A stretch of DNA of 64,000 nt from Bacteroidales bacterium. GTDB lineage: Bacteria; Bacteroidota; Bacteroidia; Bacteroidales; UBA932. The position numbers were made by a program, and so were the translations under genes. Below the pieces are notes generated by a model. The model had not been told where the DNA came from. It worked only from the letters and a program-made list of their open reading frames with translations, and searched no databases. Positions 35,654 through 46,125 of the stretch are shown piece after piece. How positions within the stretch are numbered: the stretch's first letter is position 1; each line of letters begins with the position of its first letter. The stretch is taken from the NCBI GenBank assembly GCA_045617505.1, contig JAZLIS010000103.1, positions 41,424 through 105,423 on the forward strand. The letters are read 5' to 3'.

Positions 35654-36661
35654 CTAAAACCTCAAATCAGTGAACTTCAGCCTTTTACCGGATAGAAAAA
35701 ACTGAAGGACAATACTGTGGGGATAATATCCGACATTGTTCCTCTCATCTTCTACAGGAGAAGGCTCGATTTCTCTCTTCATCCTGCGGTAATCCCGATG
35801 AGCCCTTACTACAGCCTTGAAAAACGACCATCTGAAGGTGAAAAGATATACTGCGGCGGAAGCACCGTCAAGAGACATCCTGAAGAAAATCCTGAATCTG
35901 CGGATACTCTCGGGAAGATTCTTGTAGAGCATCAGCAGATTGTTCCGATAATTCAGGTAAAGTTTATGGGGAGAATTGTTCGGAAGGGTCCCCCCACCGA
36001 CGTGGAAAACCTTCGACTGAGGCACACACCACACCTGATATCCCAGCAACTTGGCTCTCCAGCAGAAGTCAATCTCCTCCATATGTGCGAAGAAACATTC
36101 ATCCAACCCTCCCAGATGATGGTACAGAGAACTGCGGACCATCATACAGGCACCGGTAGCCCAGAAGCACTCCTTCGGAGTATCATACTGTCCCCCATCT
36201 TTTTCCAACGAGGAGAGAATCCTGCCCCTGCAGAAAGGATAGCCGAAACGGTCGATAAACCCTCCGGCAGCCCCTGCATACTCGAAAGATTCGGGATTCA
36301 AGGCCGAAAGAATTTTAGGCTGGCAGATTCCAACCTGCGGATTAGTCTCCATAAAATCCACCAGAGGCTCAAGCCACCCCTGAGGGACATCGATGTCGCT
36401 GTTCAACAACACATAATAATCCGCATCAACCTCACGTAGCGCTCTGTTGTATCCTCCGGTAAAACCGTAGTTCCTGTCAAACCGGATTATCCTAATCTCG
36501 GGAAAACTCTCCTCCACATATTTCAGGGAGCCGTCGAATGAGCCGTTGTCGGCAACAACTATGAAAGATTCCGGGTTAGGAGTATTGGACACAAGAGTTG
36601 GAAGATACTTTCTGAGCATCTTCTCCCCGTTCCAGTTCAATATCACTATTGCCGTATCCAT
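35654..36661 (-). CDS. glycosyltransferase family 2
   Basis: Carries AIVILNWNGEKML...VADNGSFDGS...LLNSDIDV. The ATG at 36661 is preferred over the TTG at 36670. Confidence 0.8.
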   Translation of the reverse strand: MDTAIVILNWNGEKMLRKYLPTLVSNTPNPESFIVVADNGSFDGSLKYVEESFPEIRIIRFDRNYGFTGGYNRALREVDADYYVLLNSDIDVPQGWLEPLVDFMETNPQVGICQPKILSALNPESFEYAGAAGGFIDRFGYPFCRGRILSSLEKDGGQYDTPKECFWATGACMMVRSSLYHHLGGLDECFFAHMEEIDFCWRAKLLGYQVWCVPQSKVFHVGGGTLPNNSPHKLYLNYRNNLLMLYKNLPESIRRFRIFFRMSLDGASAAVYLFTFRWSFFKAVVRAHRDYRRMKREIEPSPVEDERNNVGYYPHSIVLQFFLSGKRLKFTDLRF

Positions 36662-36714
36662 CAGAGGCAAATATAAGAATTATTGTGTAAATTTGGAAAA
36701 GAGAAAAAAAGGCT

Positions 36715-37662
36715 ATGGCTCAGACAATAATGTTCTACAATCTGGAGGACCTGTACGATACCGTCAATGACCCCACGAAGGATGATTTCGAATTCACCCC
36801 TATGGGAGACAAGCGATGGACACAGGAGAAGTATCTGCTCAAACTTCAGAACCTGAGCGCCGTCTTCGGAGCGGTGGCATCGTCATACGGAGGTTTCCCA
36901 AGCGTTGTAGGTGTCTCGGAAGTCGAGAACATCGGAGTAATGCGGGACCTTGCCGCACAGAAACGTATGGCCGGCGCGCACTACAAGGTGATTCATTTCG
37001 AGTCCAATGACGCCCGTGGCGTCGATGTCGGGATGTTTTATCGCCCTGACAAATACAAACCTATAGGCAGCGAACCGGTAAAGCTGGTCCTGCGCAGCGG
37101 GCGGGAATACATCGGCCGGGACATCCTTGCCTCCTGGGGGTTGCTCGACGGCGAGATGTTCGCGTTTTATGTCTGCCACTTTCTCTCCCGGCGTGCCGGC
37201 GTGGCCGCTTCGGCAGGCTTCAGAAGAGCCGGAGCGGAAACTGTCCGCGACCACGCTTCAGCACTCAGAAAGCAGTACCCTGATATCAAGGTGGTGATTA
37301 TGGGCGATATGAACGACTGCCCGTCCGATGAATCCCTTTCAAAGCTGCTGAAAGCCCACAAAACCATATACAACATACCGGTCGGGGAATATTTCAATCC
37401 TTTCTGGGTTCTTGAGGAGGAAGGCAAGGGTACAAGCCTACACAACCACAGATGGGTGCTCTACGACAATATCATCGTCTCCCACAACCTGATTCCCCCG
37501 TCAGAGGGCCTCAACCTATGCAGAATTGACAAAAGGCACTACTGCGAAATCTTCAGGAAGAACTTTATGATGAGCCACGGCACCCCCAAGCGAAGCTATT
37601 ACGGCAACAGCTTCGAGAACGGATTCAGTGACCACCTCCCCGTTATCATCAAAATTGCATAG
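36715..37662 (+). CDS. endonuclease/exonuclease/phosphatase (EEP) family protein
   Basis: 315 aa. Carries GVSEVEN, MGDMNDCP and a C-terminal SDHLPVIIKI typical of EEP enzymes. Confidence 0.7.
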   Translation: MAQTIMFYNLEDLYDTVNDPTKDDFEFTPMGDKRWTQEKYLLKLQNLSAVFGAVASSYGGFPSVVGVSEVENIGVMRDLAAQKRMAGAHYKVIHFESNDARGVDVGMFYRPDKYKPIGSEPVKLVLRSGREYIGRDILASWGLLDGEMFAFYVCHFLSRRAGVAASAGFRRAGAETVRDHASALRKQYPDIKVVIMGDMNDCPSDESLSKLLKAHKTIYNIPVGEYFNPFWVLEEEGKGTSLHNHRWVLYDNIIVSHNLIPPSEGLNLCRIDKRHYCEIFRKNFMMSHGTPKRSYYGNSFENGFSDHLPVIIKIA

Positions 37663-37676
37663 AAGACAACAGCTTC

Positions 37677-39269
37677 TTATTTCTTCAGGTCTGTGATATT
37701 GAAGGGGAACATCGGACCGCCGTCCAATCCCCAGGAGAGATTTACGCTCTGACCTTCACAATCCTCGAAGTATTCGAGTTTGATGATATGTTCTCCCTCG
37801 GAAAGGTCAGCAACGCCCATCTTCTCCATATATGTATGGGAGCCGTCGTTGTCAATGACTTTCTTTCCGTCGATAAGCAGGCGTGAACCATCATCGGACC
37901 CGAGAAGGAAACGGTATTTGCCGCTCTTCTTGACAATCATTTTTGAAGAGAAGATTACTGCGAAATCATCCTCTTCCGGCCTCACCGGAATCCCGTCCAG
38001 AGTAAAATTGGAAACATATCCGACGGCATCGGCGCGCCCGAACTTGGTGAAGTCGGGAAGAGATTCGCCCATATAATGTCTGTAGAGTTTGTATTCGATG
38101 GGTGCTTCCCCGACAGGAGCCTCGGCATAGAGAAGATTTTCCGCCACGGCACTGTACTGTCCGTTCCTGTAAGTGACTGACTTGACAATCGTGTTCCCGT
38201 CAATCTTGAAGGGGCCCGTGTAACGGAGGGACTCTTTGGTAGGGACACTGCCGTCAAGAGAATAGTAAATCTCGGCATCCTGAGCATCAGCCGTTATGGT
38301 CACCTCAGAGGCAACTCCGCGGAAAGGACGCACGAAAGGCAGGGGGACATAATTCAGGTCTCCCTTGGGCTCGAACGCCTCGGTGAGGAACTGACCGCGG
38401 CATTCACGGGGCATCTCGACACCGAGAAGACCGGCGACAGTCACGGCATTATCATATATCATATTGGTGTGCTCCATAACTTTACCCTTGGTCACACCCT
38501 TTCCGTACATAATGACAGGCACTTCAAGTTCACTCTCGTTGTCACCGCCGTGTCCGAAACGGATTCCGCCGTGGTCACCGGTAATCATTATCACTATATC
38601 CTTCATCAGGCCTCTCTTCTCCAACTCGGTGACAAATTCTCCAATAACTCTGTCGCACATTGCGATGGCATCCAGATAGCCCTGGTCCTCGTGTCCATAC
38701 TTGTGTCCGGCGTGGTCAGTTTCATCGACTGAGACGAAAAGGAATTCGGGCTGCTCCTCAAGATATGTATCGAAAGCCTTCCTGAGAGTGGTTTCTCCGT
38801 TTTCACAATTTTCGGAGTAGTCGAAGGAATCCATATCGTACATACGGATCTGTCCCCGCCACTCGTAAAAGCCATATACCCTGGCATCCGGACGCTGCTG
38901 TTTCACCACGTCGAATATCGTGGGGAAGCGGCCTTTGGCATTGTGAACTGCAGGTTCAATCATTCTTGTCTCATATTCCCAGTCATTGCCGGTGACACCG
39001 TGCATCTCAATCGGGGCACCGCTGAGCATACACATCCAATTCTGGGACGAAGAAGTTTCACGAGCAACACGGGTGTGCAGTGAAACCGCACCGTTCTCAA
39101 TCATATAATTGAAATTGGGGGTTTCAGCTCTCTGCAGACCCACGGCACTCAAGGCGTCAAGTCCGATGAAAATCACGTGTTTTGCTCTGGGGGTCTTCTG
39201 CTGCTGGCAGCAGGAAGCGGCCACCAATGCCATACAGAGGCAGGCGACGGCGATAGTTTTCAATTTCAT
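37677..39269 (-). CDS. secreted nucleotide pyrophosphatase/phosphodiesterase (alkaline-phosphatase superfamily) with a C-terminal PA14 domain
   Basis: Signal peptide plus lipobox. NPP motifs are FIGLDALS, DETDHAGHKYGH and TGDHGG. The C-terminal SGKYRFLLGSDDGSRLLIDGKKVIDNDG is PA14-like. Confidence 0.7.
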   Translation of the reverse strand: MKLKTIAVACLCMALVAASCCQQQKTPRAKHVIFIGLDALSAVGLQRAETPNFNYMIENGAVSLHTRVARETSSSQNWMCMLSGAPIEMHGVTGNDWEYETRMIEPAVHNAKGRFPTIFDVVKQQRPDARVYGFYEWRGQIRMYDMDSFDYSENCENGETTLRKAFDTYLEEQPEFLFVSVDETDHAGHKYGHEDQGYLDAIAMCDRVIGEFVTELEKRGLMKDIVIMITGDHGGIRFGHGGDNESELEVPVIMYGKGVTKGKVMEHTNMIYDNAVTVAGLLGVEMPRECRGQFLTEAFEPKGDLNYVPLPFVRPFRGVASEVTITADAQDAEIYYSLDGSVPTKESLRYTGPFKIDGNTIVKSVTYRNGQYSAVAENLLYAEAPVGEAPIEYKLYRHYMGESLPDFTKFGRADAVGYVSNFTLDGIPVRPEEDDFAVIFSSKMIVKKSGKYRFLLGSDDGSRLLIDGKKVIDNDGSHTYMEKMGVADLSEGEHIIKLEYFEDCEGQSVNLSWGLDGGPMFPFNITDLKK

Positions 39270-39287
39270 AGTGTATCTTTGATTTTA

Positions 39288-41048
39288 TTAGAATAATTCC
39301 TTATCCTTGATATCCTTGACCCTGAGTTGGATATTGGCAATGCCCCTGTAATAGTTCTCCGCGATGGAATAACAGATATCGACGGGATTGCCGGCGTGCA
39401 TATGGTCAAAGTGCTCGGCAAGATTGAAAGCGATTGCCGACACGTGGTGATACGGTTCGTCCTCCTGAATCAGCTCAAGTTTGAGATGCTTGGGCTCCGG
39501 CCTTCTGGAGCCGTCGTCAGCATCAGTCATCCCGACTTTGCGTCCGTTACCGTTGTCATACACGTTCTCGGTGATGAAGACAGGGGACTGATTGCCGGGG
39601 CCGAACGGCTGGAACTGTTTCAGCAGCCGGAAGAATTTGGGAGTAATCTGATTGAAGTCCAGATAGGAATCTATCGTGACTATAGGGGTAAGATCGACTT
39701 TTGATATTTTAGCGGCCACGTCTTCCTCGAAACGACGGCAGAACTCATCGAAATTCTCCTCCTTGATTGTCAGGCCAGCAGCATACATGTGCCCCCCGAA
39801 ATTCTCCAGAAGGTCCGCACAGGATTCGATTGAAGCATACAGGTCGAAACCGGCTACGGACCGGGCCGAACCGGTGATGAAACCGTTGGATTTGGTCATC
39901 ACTATGGTGGGCTTGTAATATGCTTCCACCAGACGGGAAGCCACAATGCCAAGCACACCCTTGTGCCAATTGGGATTATAGAGGATTGTGGATTTCCTTC
40001 CGGCGTATAGGGGATGCTCCCTGACCATTTCTATCGCCTCTCTGGTTATCTCCCTGTCAATCTTCTTTCTGTCATTGTTATGCTCGTTGATTGCAGCTCC
40101 TATCTCACGGGCATCCTCCTCATCCCGGGCAGTGAGCATATCCACAGCTGTCCTGCCGGATTCCATTCGACCGGCGGCGTTGATTCGCGGACCGATTTTG
40201 AAAACAATCTCGTCGATTGTTATCCTGTGCTTCTCTAACCCGGAGAGTTTTATTATGCTCATCAGTCCCTTGCGGGGATTCTCATTCAACTGTTTCAAAC
40301 CGTAATAGGCAAGCACTCTGTTCTCCCCCGTCACTGATACCAGGTCGGACGCAATGCTCACGACAAGAAGATCCAGAAGGCTGGCGATATCCTCGAAAGG
40401 AATCCCGTGACTTGCGGCGTATGCCTGAACAAGTTTGAATCCTACGCCACAGCCGGAAAGGTCATCGAACGGATAGGTGTCATCCTCCCTCTTGGGGTCA
40501 AGCACCGCTACAGCAGGGGGAAGTTCGGAGTCCGGAAGATGGTGGTCGCAGATTATGACGTCTATTCCGAGTGACGCGGCGTACCGTACTTTCTCTATGG
40601 CCTTGATTCCGCAGTCAAGAGTGATTATCAGGCTGCAACCGTGTTCTTTCGCACAGTCAATCCCCTTGTAGGAGACTCCGTATCCTTCATCATATCTGTC
40701 AGGAATATAGTATTCTATCTCTTTTGTAAGAGAACGGAAGAAAGAATATACCAGAGAGACCGCCGTTGTCCCGTCAACGTCATAATCTCCGTAGATGAAC
40801 AGTTTCTCCTTATTCTTAACCGCCTTGTCAAGCCGTTGTACGGCCTTCTCCATATCTTTCATAAGGAAAGGGTCGTGAAGCATCGACAGGTCGGGCCGGA
40901 AGAATGCGCGCGCTTTGGCAAAGGTATCAATCCCCCTCTGCACCAGCAGATTTGCAAGAATCTGGTCTATCCCGAGCTCTTGCGCAAGCTGGCGGACAAC
41001 GGCAGGATTGCCCTGTTCCTTAACGTTCCATTTCTTCTCTATGCCCAT
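39288..41048 (-). CDS. recJ: single-stranded-DNA-specific exonuclease RecJ
   Basis: DHH motifs IYGDYDVDGTTA and ICDHHLP, plus the DHHA1 segment GGHMYAAG. Confidence 0.9.
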   Translation of the reverse strand: MGIEKKWNVKEQGNPAVVRQLAQELGIDQILANLLVQRGIDTFAKARAFFRPDLSMLHDPFLMKDMEKAVQRLDKAVKNKEKLFIYGDYDVDGTTAVSLVYSFFRSLTKEIEYYIPDRYDEGYGVSYKGIDCAKEHGCSLIITLDCGIKAIEKVRYAASLGIDVIICDHHLPDSELPPAVAVLDPKREDDTYPFDDLSGCGVGFKLVQAYAASHGIPFEDIASLLDLLVVSIASDLVSVTGENRVLAYYGLKQLNENPRKGLMSIIKLSGLEKHRITIDEIVFKIGPRINAAGRMESGRTAVDMLTARDEEDAREIGAAINEHNNDRKKIDREITREAIEMVREHPLYAGRKSTILYNPNWHKGVLGIVASRLVEAYYKPTIVMTKSNGFITGSARSVAGFDLYASIESCADLLENFGGHMYAAGLTIKEENFDEFCRRFEEDVAAKISKVDLTPIVTIDSYLDFNQITPKFFRLLKQFQPFGPGNQSPVFITENVYDNGNGRKVGMTDADDGSRRPEPKHLKLELIQEDEPYHHVSAIAFNLAEHFDHMHAGNPVDICYSIAENYYRGIANIQLRVKDIKDKELF

Positions 41049-41055
41049 AATTTAC

Positions 41056-41514
41056 TTAGAACGGAAGGTCATCTGTTCCTTCGTCAGACAGATCGGAAGA
41101 GGAGACTATCGGTGTGGACTGGACCGGTGCGGATGGCGCAGGGGCCGGTGAATAACTGCGTTCTGCCGGTGCCGCACCTTCGCTGCGGCGGCTTCCCAGA
41201 AGTTGGATTGAGTTCGCTCTGATTTCTGTGGCATAATGCTTCACGCCGGACTGGTCATCCCAGGTGCGGGTACGGATGGAGCCTTCCACGAAAATCTGTG
41301 TCCCTTTACGGATATAATTCTTGGACAAATCAGCCAACTGCCCCCAGGCAACCACCGTATGCCATTCAGTCACTTCTCTGACTTCCCCGTTACGGTCCTT
41401 GAATCTCTCATTTGTGGCAAGAGTGAGAGTGGCGACAGATGAGCCGCCTTCCAGGTGCCGAATGTCAGGGTCTTTCCCCACATTTCCAATCAATAAAACT
41501 TTATTAAGACTCAT
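41056..41514 (-). CDS. ssb: single-stranded DNA-binding protein
   Basis: Starts MSLNKVLLIGNVGKDPDIR, has an OB fold, and ends in the acidic tip DDLPF. Confidence 0.9.
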   Translation of the reverse strand: MSLNKVLLIGNVGKDPDIRHLEGGSSVATLTLATNERFKDRNGEVREVTEWHTVVAWGQLADLSKNYIRKGTQIFVEGSIRTRTWDDQSGVKHYATEIRANSIQLLGSRRSEGAAPAERSYSPAPAPSAPVQSTPIVSSSDLSDEGTDDLPF

Positions 41515-41652
41515 AATGCATAAATTTCGCTAAAATTACTAAATTTTAGTTTGTTTTAGAAATCTTTTTCTCAAATCCTGACAAGAGAAAAAAAGCGTGT
41601 CGCTTTAAATGATTAATAGATAATTATTTGCGATTGGTAAAAAAATTCGTGT

Positions 41653-42268
41653 CTATAATCCGAACTTCTTCAGGACCGGTTCGAGAGATCTGGTCTCAAT
41701 CCCCTTCCTGACTGCTTCTTTCTGTCCGGTTTCAAGCTGGCTGGTCAGATCCTTCAGAAATGTCTCCAAATCGACCTCCTGAGGGACATTCATCTTTCTT
41801 CTGATTTTGTACCGTCTGTTGTAAAACGTTACCGGATGGTCATATCCGCAAGCGAAATCAATATCCGCAGCGGAAAGCCCCATCGCCAGCAGACTGCAGA
41901 AGTCAAGATCAAGCCGGGTGAGAAGAGGATAACGTTTTTGGAGATAGTCGCCCAGCCCGTAACAGAAACGGTTGGACAGGGCGGGCAGGACCGTTATCAT
42001 TGCCTGAGATTTTGAAATCTTGATGGAAAAGCTCTTCCTCAGACGTTTCATCAGCAAAGCAGGATTCTCGCCACTTATGGACAACGTGGCCATAACGTCA
42101 GATACTATCTCGACGGCGGCATCGATTGCCCGCCTCTCTCCGTACTCCAGTTCATATAGGAAAACAAGTATTTTCCGTATCCGGTTACGCTGACGGATAT
42201 CCCTTGCTATAAGGAATGCAACAAGACCCGAAAGAATAAGGTCAATTGAAAAAAAATAAGATACTCAT
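41653..42268 (-). pseudogene. membrane-anchored LuxR-type HTH protein whose 5' end is out of frame at a T8 homopolymer (A8 on the plus strand, 42249-42256)
   Basis: The annotated ORF (41653-42093) has 58 further stop-free in-frame codons upstream, with no ATG, GTG or TTG among them. An ATG at 42268 is 1 nt out of frame, and removing one T gives MSILFFSIDLILSGLVAFLIARD... The C-terminus LTRLDLDFCSLLAMGLSAADI...RRYKIRRKMNV is LuxR-HTH-like. Confidence 0.45.
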
Positions 42269-42272
42269 AAAA

Positions 42273-43037
42273 TTATTTGATGCGGAACTTGCTTAATTTC
42301 TGCAAGTCAGGATGTTTCCCAGTCATAACAGTGAAACCCGCATCAGCTTGTTCCACAAGCCATTCCGTGCCGTGAACATATCGGCATCCGTACTTTTCAC
42401 ACAAATCCCTCAACCCCGGATTACGGTAGTTGGCCTCAATGACGATACGGTCCGTAAGGTCAATGTTCCGCACACACTCCGGCACGAGCGGAAGCGTGTG
42501 GATAAGTATGTCGAACCTGCATGCGGACAAGGAATCAGCATCCAGATGGACAGCCTCCATATTTTCCACGGAATCACAGAATGTCCGTGCCTTGAAGAAA
42601 TCCCTGTTGGCGACTATTGTCGGGAAACCGGACATCGCCGAAGCAAGCGCAGCCGCCTTTCCCGCGCCGCCACACCCTGTGACCAGGACTTCGGGGCAGC
42701 CGTCCGAAGATGCCGCCAGATTATTGAGGATAGACCGAACAGCAGTGAAATCCGTATTATACGCCTTGATTCCGACTTTCTCCTTGACAAGAAGATTGGT
42801 GGCTCTCAGAAGGGCCGCGGCTTCATCCGACGTATCGGCACGGAGGAATGCCTCTTCCTTGAAAGGGGCCGTCACGTTGATTGCGTCATATTTCTGAAGG
42901 AAAAGAGAGAAGGCCTCTTCAAAGGAATCCTTTTCAATCAGGTCGTACGTATCGTCCGGGTAGGAATATCCCGCGCGGAACAGCTCAGGGCTCAGACTGT
43001 GCCCTATCGGATGTCCTATGAGGCCGAAACGTCTCAT
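42273..43037 (-). CDS. aroE: shikimate dehydrogenase
   Basis: Carries FGLIGHPIGHSLSPELF, NVTAPFKE and GCGGAGKAAA. Confidence 0.85.
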   Translation of the reverse strand: MRRFGLIGHPIGHSLSPELFRAGYSYPDDTYDLIEKDSFEEAFSLFLQKYDAINVTAPFKEEAFLRADTSDEAAALLRATNLLVKEKVGIKAYNTDFTAVRSILNNLAASSDGCPEVLVTGCGGAGKAAALASAMSGFPTIVANRDFFKARTFCDSVENMEAVHLDADSLSACRFDILIHTLPLVPECVRNIDLTDRIVIEANYRNPGLRDLCEKYGCRYVHGTEWLVEQADAGFTVMTGKHPDLQKLSKFRIK

Positions 43038-43807
43038 CTTTTCAGAGATTTCCTCTGGCGGACAGCCTCGAAGCAGAGTATGGCCGCCGACACCGAAACA
43101 TTCAAGGAATCCATCAGGCCTGCCATCGGAATCCTGATTCTGGCATCCGAACGTTCTCTCCAGTAATCCGTCAAGCCTTTGTCTTCAGTACCGAATACAA
43201 GCGCCGTTCCGCAGGTCATATCGGTGTCGTAGTACAGTTCGGAATCCTGCAACTGCGCCGTCAGGATTCTGAGCCCGGCCGATTTAATGACGGAAAATGC
43301 TTCCTGCGACGTGCAGCAGACGGTCGGTACACTGAAGATTGCTCCGAGACTCGCCCGTATCAGATTGGGATTGTACAGGTCCGTCAGGGGGTCACAGATG
43401 AAGACCGCATCCACTCCTGCCGCATCGGCGCTGCGAAGGACTGCTCCGAGATTGCCGGGCTTCTCCACGCTCTCCAGTACCAGTACCAGGGAATTTGCGG
43501 GCAACTCTTCGGGGGGCGTATTTTTCTCTCTCATCACGGCGATGATGCCTTCCGTTCCTTCCCGATAAGCTATCTTGCCATACACTTTATCAGTCACTAC
43601 ATATACAGGACAGTCCGTGTTCCGGGGGACGGTGCTTTCGTCTGTGCAGAATATCTCGACGGTCTGAAAGCCGCAGGCCAGAGCACGTTCAATCTCACGG
43701 CGGCCTTCAACTGCAAAAATCCCGCGCTTACGACGTTCGCGGGATTTTGTCTCAAGGGTCACCAGATCCTTGATTTTCTGATTCTGTAAAGATGAGATGA
43801 ATTCCAT
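43034..43807 (-). CDS. TrmH/SpoU-family RNA 2'-O-methyltransferase
   Basis: Carries LESVEKPGNLGAVLRSADAAGVDAV and a C-terminal IPMAGLMDSLNVSVSAAI. Confidence 0.8.
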   Translation of the reverse strand: MEFISSLQNQKIKDLVTLETKSRERRKRGIFAVEGRREIERALACGFQTVEIFCTDESTVPRNTDCPVYVVTDKVYGKIAYREGTEGIIAVMREKNTPPEELPANSLVLVLESVEKPGNLGAVLRSADAAGVDAVFICDPLTDLYNPNLIRASLGAIFSVPTVCCTSQEAFSVIKSAGLRILTAQLQDSELYYDTDMTCGTALVFGTEDKGLTDYWRERSDARIRIPMAGLMDSLNVSVSAAILCFEAVRQRKSLKR

Positions 43808-45349
43808 CTACTCCTGTGATTCGTTCCGGTCCGTTTTTGTCACCTGGGGACGCATCTGGGGGAAGAAGAGGACATCCTGAATGGTCGTGGCTCCCGTCAT
43901 CATCATCGTCAGACGGTCGATGCCCATTCCGAGACCGGATGTGGGAGGCATACCGTATTCAAGCGCACGGACAAAGTCCATATCTATATACATCGCCTCG
44001 TCGTCTCCTGCGTTCTTCAGGCGGGCCTGCTCGTTGAATCTTTCAAGCTGGTCGATAGGGTCATTGAGCTCGCTGTAGGCATTGGCAAGTTCCTTCCCGT
44101 TCACGAACAGTTCGAATCTTTCGGTCAGGGCCGGATTCTCGCGGTGACGTTTTGTCAGCGGACTCATCTCGACCGGATAGTCGGTGATGAAGGTGGGCTG
44201 TATCAGGTTCTTCTCGCAATACTCTCCGAAGATTGCATCAATCAGCTTGCCCACTCCCATCTCCTTTGACACGGGAACGTTGAGCTCTGCACAGACCTTG
44301 CGGAGAGCGACTTCATCCATTCCTGCGACGTCGACTCCAGCGTATTCCTTGATTGCCTCAAGCATAGGAAGTCTGCGGTAAGGAGCCTTGAATTCAATCT
44401 CGTTGCCCCAGACGTCAAATTTGGTTTTGCCGTTGATGGTCAGGGCTATCTTCTCAAGCATCTTCTCCACGAATTCCATCATCCACTTGTAGTCCTTGTA
44501 GGCCACGTAAATCTCCATACAGGTGAATTCCGGGTTGTGGGTGCGGTCCATTCCCTCGTTGCGGAAATCCTTCGCGAATTCATAGACTCCGCTGAAGCCT
44601 CCGACTATCAGCCTCTTGAGATACAACTCGTTGGCGATTCTCAGATAGAGTGGGATGTCGAGAGTGTTGTGGTGGGTTATGAAAGGGCGGGCGGTGGCTC
44701 CGCCGGGGATTGACTGAAGGATGGGGGTTTCGACTTCAAGGCATCCGTTCTCGTTGAAGTATTCCCTCATTGTGGAGATTATCTTCGCCCTCTTGACGAA
44801 AGTCTCCTTAACCTGCGGGTTGACGATAAGGTCCACGTATCTCATACGGTACCTCAGTTCGGGGTCGGAGAAGGCGTCGTACACTTCACCCTCCTTTTCC
44901 TTGACGATGGGAAGAACCCTGAGGGATTTGCTCAGGACGGTGAGATTTTTGGCGTGTATCGAGAGCTGGCCTGTCTGGGTGATGAAGGCGAATCCTTCGA
45001 TGCCGATAATGTCACCGATGTCGAGCAACTTCTTGAAGACGGTGTTATAGAGCGTCTTGTCCTCTTCAGGGCAGATTTCGTCGCGTTTCACATAGACCTG
45101 GATACGGCCTGTGCTGTCCTGCAGTTCGATGAAGGAGGCCGCTCCCATAATGCGACGGCTCATCATACGGCCCGCAATCACAACTTGGGGGAAATTGTTC
45201 TTTTCAGGGTCATAACCGTCCTTGATTTCCTGCGCGGTTGCGTTGACTTTATATTGTGCAGCCGGATAAGGCTCGATACCCAGTTCCCTGAGTTTTGCAA
45301 GCGATTCTCTTCTGCCTATTTCCTGTTCGTTGAGATCTGTGAATTCCAT
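43808..45349 (-). CDS. lysS: lysine--tRNA ligase (class II)
   Basis: Carries [36 protein letters not shown] and GLGMGIDRL. The ATG at 45349 ([10 protein letters not shown]) is preferred over the TTG at 45397. Confidence 0.9.
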   Translation of the reverse strand: MEFTDLNEQEIGRRESLAKLRELGIEPYPAAQYKVNATAQEIKDGYDPEKNNFPQVVIAGRMMSRRIMGAASFIELQDSTGRIQVYVKRDEICPEEDKTLYNTVFKKLLDIGDIIGIEGFAFITQTGQLSIHAKNLTVLSKSLRVLPIVKEKEGEVYDAFSDPELRYRMRYVDLIVNPQVKETFVKRAKIISTMREYFNENGCLEVETPILQSIPGGATARPFITHHNTLDIPLYLRIANELYLKRLIVGGFSGVYEFAKDFRNEGMDRTHNPEFTCMEIYVAYKDYKWMMEFVEKMLEKIALTINGKTKFDVWGNEIEFKAPYRRLPMLEAIKEYAGVDVAGMDEVALRKVCAELNVPVSKEMGVGKLIDAIFGEYCEKNLIQPTFITDYPVEMSPLTKRHRENPALTERFELFVNGKELANAYSELNDPIDQLERFNEQARLKNAGDDEAMYIDMDFVRALEYGMPPTSGLGMGIDRLTMMMTGATTIQDVLFFPQMRPQVTKTDRNESQE

Positions 45350-45356
45350 TTGTACA

Positions 45357-46124
45357 TTAATTGATTCCGGATGCGAAAATAAACATTTTTGGGTCAAATT
45401 TCAAATCCCCGCGGCTGAAAAAGGCTTCAATGGTTCCGTCCAAAATCAACTTTTCCGGAGTCCCGCGGACAATCCCCCCACCTTTCCCCATAAGCCACAG
45501 AGTATGAGCGGTCCGAAGCGCACTGTCAAGGTCGTGCGTGGATACTATGATTGACTTTTTCTCCTCATCTGCCAGATGTCGCAGCAGAAGCATCATCTCA
45601 ACTCTGCTGGTGATGTCAAGAAAAGCTGTGGGCTCGTCAAGGATTATGACGGGACATTCCTGAGCCAGAGCCTTGGCTATGAAGGCTTTCTGTCTCTCTC
45701 CATCGCTGAGCTCCGAAATCCGTTTGTCCGCCAGAGCCGTTATTCCGGTGAGATTCAGAGCATTGTCAACAGCTTCCCGGTCCTTCCCGCTCAATCTTCC
45801 AAAAAAACCGGTATAGGGAAGGCGGCCGGTCGAGACCAATTCACGGACAGTACCCCCCCCCGGACAGACTTTCTCCGTGAGCACGATTCCCATCACTCTC
45901 GAGAAATGTTCCGGACTAAGCCGCCCCATCTCCCGACCCATAATCTCCAGACTCCCTTCAAGAGGTTTGACAAATCCGCACAATGTCTTGAGCAGAGTCG
46001 ATTTGCCCGCTCCATTGAGCCCGAGCAGACAGACCAGTTCCCCTTCGGCCAGACTCAGTTCCAGTCCCATGTAAAGTGGGAAATCATAGCCAATTGACAG
46101 ATTGTTCGCTTTTATTGCCACCAT
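45357..46124 (-). CDS. ABC transporter ATP-binding protein (BtuD/FecE type)
   Basis: Walker [10 protein letters not shown], signature LSDGERQ, Walker B IILDEPT. Confidence 0.85.
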   Translation of the reverse strand: MVAIKANNLSIGYDFPLYMGLELSLAEGELVCLLGLNGAGKSTLLKTLCGFVKPLEGSLEIMGREMGRLSPEHFSRVMGIVLTEKVCPGGGTVRELVSTGRLPYTGFFGRLSGKDREAVDNALNLTGITALADKRISELSDGERQKAFIAKALAQECPVIILDEPTAFLDITSRVEMMLLLRHLADEEKKSIIVSTHDLDSALRTAHTLWLMGKGGGIVRGTPEKLILDGTIEAFFSRGDLKFDPKMFIFASGIN

Positions 46125-46125
46125 T

